A stretch of DNA of 43,562 nt, from assembly GCA_016840165.1 (NCBI GenBank), contig JAEOSU010000003.1:1-43562 (forward strand). The letters run 5' to 3'. The notes below the pieces were generated by a model that saw only the letters and a list, made by a program, of their open reading frames with translations, was not told the DNA's origin and ran no database searches. The DNA is from Promethearchaeota archaeon (GTDB lineage Archaea; Asgardarchaeota; Lokiarchaeia; Sigyniarchaeales; SOKP01). The position numbers were made by a program, and so were the translations under genes. This document shows positions 1 through 9,775 of this stretch, in pieces (position 1 is the first letter of the stretch; every line of letters begins with the position of its first letter).

Positions 1-977
1 ACAATTATTTCACTTGGTCCCATGATATTTGAACCAATTACGGGTTTTCCACAAGCCATCGCTTCACATAGTACTAAACCAAATATTTCTTGTTTTGAAG
101 GATAAATTACTAAATTTGCTAATGAATAATATTTTGCTAAGTTAAATTTTGAAATATATCCTGTGAAAATTACATGATCTGACAAATTATATTCCTGAAT
201 TAGTTTTTTAACAGATGACAAGAAACCTGAATCTCCACCCACAATGATTAATTTTACTTTTTTGTTTTTCTTTCTCACATGGTACAAGATTTTTACTAAT
301 TTATCTACACCTTTTCCTTTAGCAATTCGTCCCACATATAAAATAACATCGGAATCTTGTATCTCTAACTGCTCTTTTAAGTCATCACTTTTCATGGGTT
401 TGAAAATCTCAGTATTTACACCGTGAGGAATGAAATGTATATTCTCTTCTTTGATACCATAGCTTTTTAATATTGGAATTTCCGTTTTTGTTACTGCAAT
501 ATAATGTGGATCTTTTAACTTCTTAATTAAATAACCGATACTAACGTCATGAATCATTTTTGGAATTTTATCTCCATAATCCCAGTTAATACTTATTCCT
601 CCATGAGGAGATATGATTAGAGGCTTATGTTTTATTATAGAAATAAACGATGCGATGTCTTCTGGGTAACTTCTCATAGCATGGGAATGGAACAGATCAA
701 TATCCTTGGATTTTTTTAATAAATATGGAATCATACTCAAAGAAATACGATATTCTTTGAGGCGAATAAAGGAATCAAAACGAAATATATTAAATTTTTC
801 ACTTCTCTTCTCATAAAATTCTGTTCTTTTTCTTCCAAATTGAGCTATTGCTGAAGATGTGTAAATACTTGAATTGACACCTAATTTCTCTAGATAAGGA
901 ATTATTTCTAAGATTACATTATACGGTCCTCCTAAATTCCCAGTGAAAAATGGAGTTAACATCGCTACATTGATCAT
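1..977 (-). CDS. Glycosyltransferase family 4 (GT-B), 3' end runs off the window
   Basis: Not in the ORF track. Manual translation from ATG at 977 gives MINVAMLTPFFTGNLGGPYNV...IPHGVNTEIF...ILYVGRIAKGKGV...YPSKQEIFGLVYVEAMACGKPVIGSN, containing the GT4 E-x7-E motif; open to the window edge. Confidence 0.9.
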   Translation of the reverse strand, partial: MINVAMLTPFFTGNLGGPYNVILEIIPYLEKLGVNSSIYTSSAIAQFGRKRTEFYEKRSEKFNIFRFDSFIRLKEYRISLSMIPYLLKKSKDIDLFHSHAMRSYPEDIASFISIIKHKPLIISPHGGISINWDYGDKIPKMIHDVSIGYLIKKLKDPHYIAVTKTEIPILKSYGIKEENIHFIPHGVNTEIFKPMKSDDLKEQLEIQDSDVILYVGRIAKGKGVDKLVKILYHVRKKNKKVKLIIVGGDSGFLSSVKKLIQEYNLSDHVIFTGYISKFNLAKYYSLANLVIYPSKQEIFGLVLCEAMACGKPVIGSNIMGPSEII

Positions 978-1014
978 AATATTGTCCTATCTAATTTAGT
1001 AATCAAAATAATCT

Positions 1015-2232
1015 TCATGATTTTATTCTTTTTTCTTTAATGAGATTTAATATAATCTTTCTCAAATGATTTAGGATTCTTGGCCAGGTATATTCTGTTT
1101 TAATTAAGTCATATCCTTTTTTACCAAAAGCTTTCAATTTTTCTCGTTTATTGTATAACTCAGTTATTGTTTTTATCAAGGTTTTTTGATTTTTTGCAAA
1201 GATTACACCTTTTTCTTCTCCAATCTCAGAGATTACGCTCGGCAAACTGTTGGAAAGGACAGGTTTTTGCATAGCCATATATTCCATAACTTTTATGGGA
1301 GTAATATGACGGGTTATGTTATTTAATTTAAAGCTCATTAAGCATAGATCTGCCATCGCAATATACTCTGTAATATTAAAAAATGGGATTCTTCCTGTTA
1401 AGATTACCCATTCAGCACCTATACTCTTTACATAGTTAGATAGATTGTTGTATATTCCCCCATCTCCTACTATTAGAAATTTGAGATTTAAATCTCCACG
1501 TACCACATATTGATGATAATACTCTATTATTTCCTTTAATCCAGCAAAATCATATAAATAACCCATAAAAAAGAGGACAAAATCGTCATCTGAGATATTA
1601 AAATCAGACCTGAGTTTAGCTAGTTTATTCTCGTTTATAATAGTATTATCTAAAGAGATACCATTAAGTACTACCTTTACTTTTTCTTCCGGTACTCCTT
1701 GTTTTATAATATAATCTTTTAGATATTTTGTAACTGCTATAACTCTCTCCGATTTTTTAAATAGGTAACGTGAAATTATTTCAGCAAGATTTTGAACATA
1801 ACCTAAAGGCACTAAAGTATGTAATAAATCAATATAATAGAAAATATAAGGGATTCTAAACAATTTCGCAAAGAACATGCCTAATAATCCATTGGATAGT
1901 GAAAAGCTAACAATTAAATCTGGACGATTTTTTCGAATAAATTTTAATATGTCGAAGAAATTGAAGAACAAGGATGAGATTCTTCGCATATATGGTATCT
2001 GTAAATGGGATGATCGAATTACTAGAACGCTCGAATTTTGAATAGTTTTATTTTTACTTACATATTTTTTCTTTTTAATGAATAAAGACTCAGATTTCAT
2101 AATCTTGTCGATATCATAATCATAGACTATAATCTTAATCTTAGGATTCAAGGATAACCTTTCAAAAATATGGTGTTGGGTATGTGGTCCTCGTCTCAAC
2201 CAGTCCGTTTCCTGTAAACCAAGAATAATCAT
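1015..2232 (-). CDS. Glycosyltransferase family 4
   Basis: VVLNGI, FLIVGDG, PIKVMEYMAMQKPVL GT4 C-terminal motifs. Confidence 0.9.
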   Translation of the reverse strand: MIILGLQETDWLRRGPHTQHHIFERLSLNPKIKIIVYDYDIDKIMKSESLFIKKKKYVSKNKTIQNSSVLVIRSSHLQIPYMRRISSLFFNFFDILKFIRKNRPDLIVSFSLSNGLLGMFFAKLFRIPYIFYYIDLLHTLVPLGYVQNLAEIISRYLFKKSERVIAVTKYLKDYIIKQGVPEEKVKVVLNGISLDNTIINENKLAKLRSDFNISDDDFVLFFMGYLYDFAGLKEIIEYYHQYVVRGDLNLKFLIVGDGGIYNNLSNYVKSIGAEWVILTGRIPFFNITEYIAMADLCLMSFKLNNITRHITPIKVMEYMAMQKPVLSNSLPSVISEIGEEKGVIFAKNQKTLIKTITELYNKREKLKAFGKKGYDLIKTEYTWPRILNHLRKIILNLIKEKRIKS

Positions 2233-2328
2233 CCAGACGCCCCTCGTTTTTAGTTTAATGAAATTAATCCTTAGACTTTTTACTTCTTTTTTATTTTTCT
2301 GTTAGAAAATTTTCTTTCATTAAGAATA

Positions 2329-3177
2329 TTAAGGATAATGTCCATATTCCCAGTTTTTCATCCAGTCACGTAATTCAATTAGCATATCACGATAATTAGG
2401 AACATTATAATTAAAGTCTTGTCGAGTATTGATCAAACTCTTATCATGCTTTTGTTGACCATCTTTGAGTATTTCGATGGGTTTATTAAATACTTCCTTT
2501 ATTATTTGGAGTAAATCATATTTTGAGATTTTATTTTCAGGGACTAAATGATATAATAAAGTTAAATCTTGCTCAATCGCCTTATCCATTGCTTTCGCTA
2601 ATTCTAAAGTAGTAACTCCTGTCCAGAAAACATTGGTATATCCATTAATGGTTCCCTTTTGTCTCATAAACCAATTAAATAAACCAACCCCATTCTCATT
2701 TAATTCGGGACCGATAATTGAAGTTCTAAAGGTGAGGTCTCTGTCATTGATAAGTTCACCCAATGCTTTTGTCCGAGCGTAATGATCTTCCCCATCTCGG
2801 AAATCATTTTCAGAATATTCTCCTTTTTTACCCGAGAAAACACAGTCAGTGCTCATATGAATAGTTTTAAAGTCTAATTTTTGTCCTAGTTCAGCAAGAT
2901 AATGAGGGAAAAAACTATTTAAATAAATTGCTAAAGCAGGGTGTTTTTTTGAAGCTTGAATTAAAAGCCCTATACAATTTATGACAATATCAGGCTTTGC
3001 TTGATAGAGTAATTTTTTTACTAATTTCTTATTTTCTACATTCAGTATAATTGTTTGATCATTTAATTTATCAATCGATGAATTGAAAAGTAGATATTTT
3101 CCCAATGAATCGAGATATCTGGTAACCATATGCCCAGCCATACCCGTTGCGCCAAAAACAAACACTCGTTTAATCAA
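2329..3177 (-). CDS. RmlD-like NDP-4-keto-6-deoxysugar reductase (QnlA/WbvR-like)
   Basis: GATGMAG Rossmann motif, STDCVFSG, YARTKALGE (YxxxK), RTSIIGPE; TTG start preceded by AGGAGG. Confidence 0.85.
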   Translation of the reverse strand: MIKRVFVFGATGMAGHMVTRYLDSLGKYLLFNSSIDKLNDQTIILNVENKKLVKKLLYQAKPDIVINCIGLLIQASKKHPALAIYLNSFFPHYLAELGQKLDFKTIHMSTDCVFSGKKGEYSENDFRDGEDHYARTKALGELINDRDLTFRTSIIGPELNENGVGLFNWFMRQKGTINGYTNVFWTGVTTLELAKAMDKAIEQDLTLLYHLVPENKISKYDLLQIIKEVFNKPIEILKDGQQKHDKSLINTRQDFNYNVPNYRDMLIELRDWMKNWEYGHYP

Positions 3178-4162
3178 TAAAACCTCCTTCTCTTAATAAC
3201 CGTTTTAGAGTCGTTTTATCACTTAATTGAGTTTTCGAACTGTACTCATCAAATGTAACCATTTCAAGATGGTTCATTTTATAATATTCAGCCAATCCCT
3301 CTATATACAAGATTGGTAAGATCAAATAATATCTGTCATTATATTTATAGGTGTTCATAACTTCGTACTTAGATACTAATACTTCATCAATCTTTTCACC
3401 AGGACGGATTCCAATTTCTTTTATTTCGGTATCTTTATTACCGAATATTTCTATTAAAACATCAACTAGATCGATAAGTTTGAATGATTGCATTTTTTCC
3501 ACAAAAGTTTCTCCACCAATGCTTTTTTCCGCTGCAGTGAATAATAACTCTATTGCATCATGTAAAGTTATAAAAAACCTTGTCATGTTCATATCTGTTA
3601 TTGTAACCCTATTAAAACGTTTTATCTGATTAATAAAGAATTCTAAGACACTCCCATTCGATCCTAGTACATTACCTGCACGGATACACATGAATTTTGT
3701 ATCTTTAGTAAGTTTATTAGCATGAATAATTAATCGTTCTCCAACTGCTTTTGTCATACCATAGAGATTTAGTGGTACAACTGCTTTATCCGTTGAAACA
3801 TCAATGACTTTTTTAACCTTATTAGAAATTGCGGCACGAACTAAATTTTCAGTCCCAACTATATTAGTTTTAATCGCTTCTAAGGGTTGTTCTTCGCAGA
3901 TAGGAACATGTTTTAAAGCTGCAAGATGAAAGACATAATCAATATCTTCGCAAGCATATTTAACGGCATCATAATCCCTAATATTCCCTATTACAAAATT
4001 TAAACGATCATCGTTGAATTTTCTTTTCATTGTGACTTGAGCAAATTCCCCTCGGGAAAGGATACGAATTTCTTCTGGGTTCATTTCTAAGAGTTGGGTA
4101 GTTAGTTCATTTCCCCACGAACCCGTTCCGCCGGTAATTAAAATTTTTTTTCCATTAAACAA
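3170..4162 (-). CDS. UDP-GlcNAc 4,6-dehydratase (FnlA/CapE/PseB family)
   Basis: ITGGTGSWG, HLAALKHVP, STDKAV, YGMTKA, GNVLGSNGSV, MTRF, GIRPGEK. Confidence 0.9.
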   Translation of the reverse strand: MFNGKKILITGGTGSWGNELTTQLLEMNPEEIRILSRGEFAQVTMKRKFNDDRLNFVIGNIRDYDAVKYACEDIDYVFHLAALKHVPICEEQPLEAIKTNIVGTENLVRAAISNKVKKVIDVSTDKAVVPLNLYGMTKAVGERLIIHANKLTKDTKFMCIRAGNVLGSNGSVLEFFINQIKRFNRVTITDMNMTRFFITLHDAIELLFTAAEKSIGGETFVEKMQSFKLIDLVDVLIEIFGNKDTEIKEIGIRPGEKIDEVLVSKYEVMNTYKYNDRYYLILPILYIEGLAEYYKMNHLEMVTFDEYSSKTQLSDKTTLKRLLREGGFID

Positions 4163-5242
4163 TTAAAGGACCCCTTGTAAATATTTGATTATTTTATCGG
4201 AAACATTATCATCTAAGTAGCCAACAGGATAATCCCAATCATTACCAACCTTTAACATTAGGTTTGTACAATTTAAAATATTTTGACTAGATAGACCTGA
4301 GATAATATTACTCCCACATTCAACAGTTTCTGGACGTTCGGTTGTATCTCTCATTGTTACTGTAGGAATATTAAAGATACAACATTCTTCTTGGACTGTG
4401 CCACTGTCAGTAAGCACTAATTTCGCATTTTTTTCTAATTTTGTAAAATCAAAGAAGCCTAACGGTTCCATGAATCTAATTTTATCATTATTAACCTTTA
4501 TATTAAACTCCTCAATTTTTTTTCTCGTATGTGGGTGAATACTACAAATTATTGGTAAATTATAGCTTTTTGCAATAAGTTCTAATCCTTTTATGATATT
4601 CTCCAATCTTTCTTTAACATCCACATTTTCGGCCCTATGAGCGGTGACTAAAAAATATTCCCCCTCCTTTATGTTTAATTGCTGCAAAACTTTACTATTC
4701 TCAATTTTATTCATATTAAATTGTAAAACTTCATAAATTGGATTTCCTGATACAAATATTCGATTTTTTGGGATTCCTTCTTTAAGTAAGTTTTCTCTAC
4801 TATTAGGAGTATAAGGTATTGCGATTGTCGAAATCGAATCTATAATTTTTCTATTTTTCTCTTCAGGTACCTTTAGATCATAGCATCTGTTTCCCGCTTC
4901 CATATGATAAACAGGAATCATCATTCGCTCGGCAATTACTGCAGCTAAACCGCTATTAGTATCTCCTAGTATCAACACCTTATCTGGTTTTAATTTAATT
5001 AATAACTTCTCAACTTCCTTAAATATAATAGATACTTGCTCGCCAAAAGAGGTTGCTTCAGCACCTAAATAATAGTCAGGTGCTCTTACACCTAAATCCT
5101 TAAAGAAGATATCATTTAATTTGGGATCATAATTCTGTCCGGTATGAATTAAAATATGATCAAAAAGCTCGTCCAGTTTCTTTATGATTAATGATAATCT
5201 AATGATTTCTGGACGAGTTCCTAATACGGTAATAATTCTCAT
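4163..5242 (-). CDS. wecB: Non-hydrolysing UDP-N-acetylhexosamine 2-epimerase (WecB/FnlC/QnlB family)
   Basis: GTRPEIIR, HTGQNY, GDTNS, HMEAGNR, TDSGTVQEE, RDTTERPE. Confidence 0.9.
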   Translation of the reverse strand: MRIITVLGTRPEIIRLSLIIKKLDELFDHILIHTGQNYDPKLNDIFFKDLGVRAPDYYLGAEATSFGEQVSIIFKEVEKLLIKLKPDKVLILGDTNSGLAAVIAERMMIPVYHMEAGNRCYDLKVPEEKNRKIIDSISTIAIPYTPNSRENLLKEGIPKNRIFVSGNPIYEVLQFNMNKIENSKVLQQLNIKEGEYFLVTAHRAENVDVKERLENIIKGLELIAKSYNLPIICSIHPHTRKKIEEFNIKVNNDKIRFMEPLGFFDFTKLEKNAKLVLTDSGTVQEECCIFNIPTVTMRDTTERPETVECGSNIISGLSSQNILNCTNLMLKVGNDWDYPVGYLDDNVSDKIIKYLQGVL

Positions 5243-5388
5243 GTATAAACCTTGATTTTCTGATTTGAAACCTATTGATTGCTATGTATTATTCTTTTTT
5301 TTTAAACTTATTTATATCATGCTTATAGAGATTCTCTTAGCTGCGAAGTATAACGTGGAAACAAAAATCATAAAGAATTCACGTTTTT

Positions 5389-6249
5389 TTAAAAAAAAAT
5401 AGAATTCAAATTAGCATTTTTCTTAAATACGTTATAGCGAATTTTTCTATAATAATAAATTAAAAGACAGGAAAAGATATCAAGTGCTAATTTCCACAGC
5501 ACAACTTTCGATGACCCATATTCTCGGTTATATACTTTGATCGGATATTCTTTTATCCGATATCCATTTAATTTAGCTTTAATTATCTGTTCAGTACAAA
5601 AAGCGTATCCTAAAAATCGGATGTTGTCGAAAATATGTAACATCTTTCTGTTATAGGCTCGAAATCCATTCTGATTATTCACTATTTTTATACCAAATGA
5701 AGTTTGAACCAATTTCTCAATGAGAACCTCACCAAATCTTGTGGATAAAGGAAGTGTATAATAGCAAGAACCAAGATACCTTGAACCAATGGAATTATCT
5801 ACTTGATCTTCAAAAATTGGCCTAACTAAACGTAAAATATCATCAGGACTATGTTGACCGTCCGAATCCATTGTTACGATAACCTTACCCCGTGCATGCT
5901 TCAAACCAGTAATAATTGCTGCTCCATACCCTTTATTCTTCTTATGTTTAACGAGCTTGAACTTTTTTAATGTTCTGATTTTCTCTAATTCGGTAACACT
6001 ATTATCAGTTGAAGAATCATCAATAACGATGATTTCTATAGATTTATCTTGCGGTAATCCTAATAAGATATTTTTAATTGTTTTTTCCTCATTATATAAC
6101 GGTAATATAATTGATATGAGGATTTCATTATTATTTGAAATATATTTCTTCAAAAAATTGAATAATTCTTGATATTCATAATTATTCTTACGAAGGGGTT
6201 TAATATGTTTCTCCATCACGGGTTTATGTTTGTCAATCTGACTCATCAT
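5389..6249 (-). CDS. GT2 glycosyltransferase, dolichol-phosphate-sugar synthase-like
   Basis: SIILPLYNEE, DDSSTD, NKGYGAA, MDSDGQH, GSRY, GFRAY. Confidence 0.88.
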   Translation of the reverse strand: MMSQIDKHKPVMEKHIKPLRKNNYEYQELFNFLKKYISNNNEILISIILPLYNEEKTIKNILLGLPQDKSIEIIVIDDSSTDNSVTELEKIRTLKKFKLVKHKKNKGYGAAIITGLKHARGKVIVTMDSDGQHSPDDILRLVRPIFEDQVDNSIGSRYLGSCYYTLPLSTRFGEVLIEKLVQTSFGIKIVNNQNGFRAYNRKMLHIFDNIRFLGYAFCTEQIIKAKLNGYRIKEYPIKVYNREYGSSKVVLWKLALDIFSCLLIYYYRKIRYNVFKKNANLNSIFF

Positions 6250-6377
6250 CTTTAGCTAAAAACCCCATTCCGTAAAGAATTTTATTCTAATTTATTAATA
6301 AAATTAGCTTTTTTATTATTAGAAGAGCTGTATTTAATTTAAACTTAATAATAAGCAATGTAAAATAAATTTTATCA

Positions 6378-7337
6378 TTAAAAATAGGTTCTTTCAATGA
6401 AAAAGAAGGAATTATATTGATGGAGAGTTTCATAGGTAATTGACTTCGTTCTGGGTCGAAAGATTTTTGGAGATTTATAAATTTTTATTTTACCCTCTTT
6501 ATTACTTTTTAGTACTAGAAACTGGATCTTTCTAAGATAATATAGAAAAAGGCAAGAAAAAATATTTACAGCTAATCGTCTTAGGATTATATGGGAGGTT
6601 CCAAATTTTCTATCATAGAGCTTAATTGGACATTCCCTAATTCTATAACCTTCAATTGAAGCTTTCAAGATTTGCTCAGTGCAAAATGCATATCCATCAT
6701 ATTTAAAATCATGAAAAATAGAGATTACTTTACGATTAAATGCCCGAAATCCGTTTTGATTATTTTTAATCCTTTTATTGAATAAAATTTGAATAAATTT
6801 TTCTAAAACAACTTCTCCGAGCCTTGTGGAGACTGGAAGTTGATAGAAGTATGATCCTAAATAACGGGAACCAATGGTATAATCTGCTTCATTATTTAGA
6901 ATTGGTTGAATCAAGGTTATAATATCATCTGGAGTATGTTGACCATCAGAATCCATAGTTACGATAATTTCGCCTTTTGCATGTTTAATTCCTGTAAGTA
7001 TTGCTGCTCCGTATCCTCTATTTTTAGAATGATTGATCAATCGAATAGGTTTATATAGTTGTACTTTCTTTACTTCACTTATACTATTATCTGTAGAATT
7101 ATCATTTACTACTATTATTTCAATTGAATTATTTGAAGGAAGGTTATCCAAAACAGTTTTTATCGATTTTTCTTCATTAAACATTGGAAGGATGATAGAA
7201 AGAAAAATCCCCTTTTTTTCAGTCCTAACCTTGTTTAGAGAATCATATAAGTCATGAAATTTCAAGAAATTAACCCTTTCTTCTGACTCAATTGCTGTTG
7301 TTGCTTTATTTGGATGATCAACACTTACTGTTTTCAC
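6378..7337 (-). CDS. GT2 glycosyltransferase, dolichol-phosphate-sugar synthase-like (paralog of neighbour)
   Basis: SIILPMFNEE, NDNSTD, NRGYGAA, MDSDGQH, GSRY, GFRAF. Start codon uncertain. Confidence 0.88.
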   Translation of the reverse strand: MKTVSVDHPNKATTAIESEERVNFLKFHDLYDSLNKVRTEKKGIFLSIILPMFNEEKSIKTVLDNLPSNNSIEIIVVNDNSTDNSISEVKKVQLYKPIRLINHSKNRGYGAAILTGIKHAKGEIIVTMDSDGQHTPDDIITLIQPILNNEADYTIGSRYLGSYFYQLPVSTRLGEVVLEKFIQILFNKRIKNNQNGFRAFNRKVISIFHDFKYDGYAFCTEQILKASIEGYRIRECPIKLYDRKFGTSHIILRRLAVNIFSCLFLYYLRKIQFLVLKSNKEGKIKIYKSPKIFRPRTKSITYETLHQYNSFFFIERTYF

Positions 7338-7536
7338 TGAAATGACTCCTAATCGCTAAAAAAAGTTAAGTAAAGCGGTTTATACTGATTTTCTCATGAG
7401 TATAAATACTATTATTGAATATAAATATATGTCTCTCTGGTTAATTTTGGACAAAAAGTAGTAAAATTAAATACATTCTCCTAAATTGGACAAATAAAAA
7501 GATTATTGAGAAATATGGGGTTGAAATTTTAATGTA

Positions 7537-8508
7537 TTAAAGCTTGTTTATTCTTTCCTTTATCCATGCATAATATTTCTTAAGTCCTTCATGAATACTT
7601 ATTTTTGGATGATAGTTGAGAATTTTCTTGGCTTTTTCTATTTTTGAATGGGTAATTTCAACATCACCCATTTGGGGCTTCTCATAACGTATATTTCTTT
7701 GGACTCCAGTAAATTCATACATTATATCTACTAATTCATTAACACTGATAGGAGTTGAATATCCTAAATTAAAAGGTTCACCAACTGCTTTTTCATTCTC
7801 GCTGCTTAAGATCATGCCACTAATAATATCAGAGATATAAGTAAAATCTCTTAGTTGCTCTCCCGTTCCATATACTGTGAGTGGTTTATTTTGAAGCATC
7901 AGGTTGAAAAATTTTCCGATGGCCATATCGGGACGTCCATTAGGACCATAAACCGTATAAAACCTTAAATTAGTGATAGGTATCTGAAATTGGTTATAAT
8001 AGTAATTTGTGTATATTTCACCTGCCAATTTAGAGATGGCATAAGGAGAAATAGGGTTTTTTGGATGATCTTCATCACAAGGCGTATAAAGAGGATTTCC
8101 ATAGACTGATGAGGATGAGGCGAAAATAAATCGCCTGAGGTCTTTAATCTTTTTAGTAAATTCAAGGAGATTGATTGTACCGATGATATTAGTATTGGAA
8201 ACCTCCGAAGCATATTTAATTGAATGTCTTACATTCGCTTGTGCCGCGAGATGAAAAATATAATCTATCTCGGGATCCAATTTCTTATAAAGCTTAGGAT
8301 TCAAAATATCTTCCTTTAAGAGGATATAGTCCTTTTTGGATTCATAATTCTCCAAAATGGCATTGAGTCGGTCTTCTTTACCAGAGTAGTAGTCATTAAA
8401 ATTATCCACCAATATTAAGTAATTGTTTTGCTCCAGAAGAGCTTTGGTAAGATAAGATCCTATAAATCCTGCGGCCCCAGTGATAATGATCTTCTTATTT
8501 TTTAACAT
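7537..8508 (-). CDS. NAD-dependent NDP-sugar epimerase/dehydratase (UDP-glucuronate 4-epimerase-like)
   Basis: TGAAGFIG, HLAAQA, SSSSVYG, YAISK, RFYTVYGPNGRPDMA. Confidence 0.88.
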   Translation of the reverse strand: MLKNKKIIITGAAGFIGSYLTKALLEQNNYLILVDNFNDYYSGKEDRLNAILENYESKKDYILLKEDILNPKLYKKLDPEIDYIFHLAAQANVRHSIKYASEVSNTNIIGTINLLEFTKKIKDLRRFIFASSSSVYGNPLYTPCDEDHPKNPISPYAISKLAGEIYTNYYYNQFQIPITNLRFYTVYGPNGRPDMAIGKFFNLMLQNKPLTVYGTGEQLRDFTYISDIISGMILSSENEKAVGEPFNLGYSTPISVNELVDIMYEFTGVQRNIRYEKPQMGDVEITHSKIEKAKKILNYHPKISIHEGLKKYYAWIKERINKL

Positions 8509-8637
8509 GACTATTATTCACTATATAATCATATAGAATGCTTTAATATTATAATAAATTTGAATAACTTTGATAAGATTTTAATTTCATATAAATTAGA
8601 TTCTATTATTAAATTTACCAAACAAAAGGACTAAAGC

Positions 8638-9597
8638 ATGATGCTAAAAGATAAAAGAATATTGATTACGGGAGTAGCAGGATTTATAGGGAGTAATCTC
8701 GCGGATCGATGCCTTGAATTAGGGGCGAACGTGATAGGCATTGATAATATGTTCAATGGATCGATACATAATTTGAAGAATGCCCAGCAAGGCAAGGATT
8801 TTCAGTTAGTTAAGGGGGATATTCGCGATTATTCATTACTATTGGAAATATCAAAGGAAATCGAGATTATCTACCATGTTGGTGCATTTACTAGTGTCCC
8901 TCAGTCCATAATAATGCCTGAAACTTGTAATGCGGTTAATGTAAACGGTACGATTAACATATTAAATGTAGCAAGGAAAAATGATATCGAAAAAGTCATA
9001 TTTTCCTCCAGTTCATCCGTTTACGGAGATACTAATAAACTGCCTCTTACTGAAGATATGCCTCGTAATCCGATTTCACCTTATGGTACATCAAAACTTG
9101 CTGGTGAGTCTTATATGCAGTCTTTTCATCACATTTATGGTTTAAAAACAATAATTTTGAGATATTTTAACGTATTTGGTCCAAGACAGAAAGATTCACC
9201 ATATAGTGGGGTTACAGCTATCTGGATCGGAAGAATACAAAGAAATGAGCCATTGGTAATATTTGGAAACGGTGAAAATTCACGAGATTTTACATATGTA
9301 AAAGATGTAGTTCAAGGGAACCTACTTGCAGGAGAAAAAAATGTATCAGGAGAGATCTTCAATATCGGTGCAGGATCTCCTATTTCTCTAAATAATTTAG
9401 CAGCATTATTACTTAGATTAACCAATAGACAAGATTTATTGATTAAACATACAGATCCCCGTCCTGGGGATATAATTCACAGCTATGCCGATATTTCTAA
9501 GGCAAAAAACCAACTAGATTTTATTCCACAATATGACCAAAAAAGTGGATTAAAAGAATATTTAAGTTGGATCTCTAAAAATAATGACATGACGTAA
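8638..9597 (+). CDS. NAD-dependent NDP-sugar 4-epimerase (WbpP/GalE-like)
   Basis: TGVAGFIG, SVPQS, SSSSVYG, YGTSK, RYFNVFGPRQ, SRDFTYV. Confidence 0.88.
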   Translation: MMLKDKRILITGVAGFIGSNLADRCLELGANVIGIDNMFNGSIHNLKNAQQGKDFQLVKGDIRDYSLLLEISKEIEIIYHVGAFTSVPQSIIMPETCNAVNVNGTINILNVARKNDIEKVIFSSSSSVYGDTNKLPLTEDMPRNPISPYGTSKLAGESYMQSFHHIYGLKTIILRYFNVFGPRQKDSPYSGVTAIWIGRIQRNEPLVIFGNGENSRDFTYVKDVVQGNLLAGEKNVSGEIFNIGAGSPISLNNLAALLLRLTNRQDLLIKHTDPRPGDIIHSYADISKAKNQLDFIPQYDQKSGLKEYLSWISKNNDMT

Positions 9598-9775
9598 GAC
9601 AAAAATTAAAATTAGGAAATCTATTTACTTAAATAATTTTAAAGGAAAAAGAAATTGAAGAATTTTGCGTATTTAGGGGGTTATTGATATAAAACTTAAT
9701 AGTCTTTTAGTTTATTTATATCTAAGAAGACATCTAGTTGTTTTTGTAGCGACATCAATCGCGCTCAGTATTATC

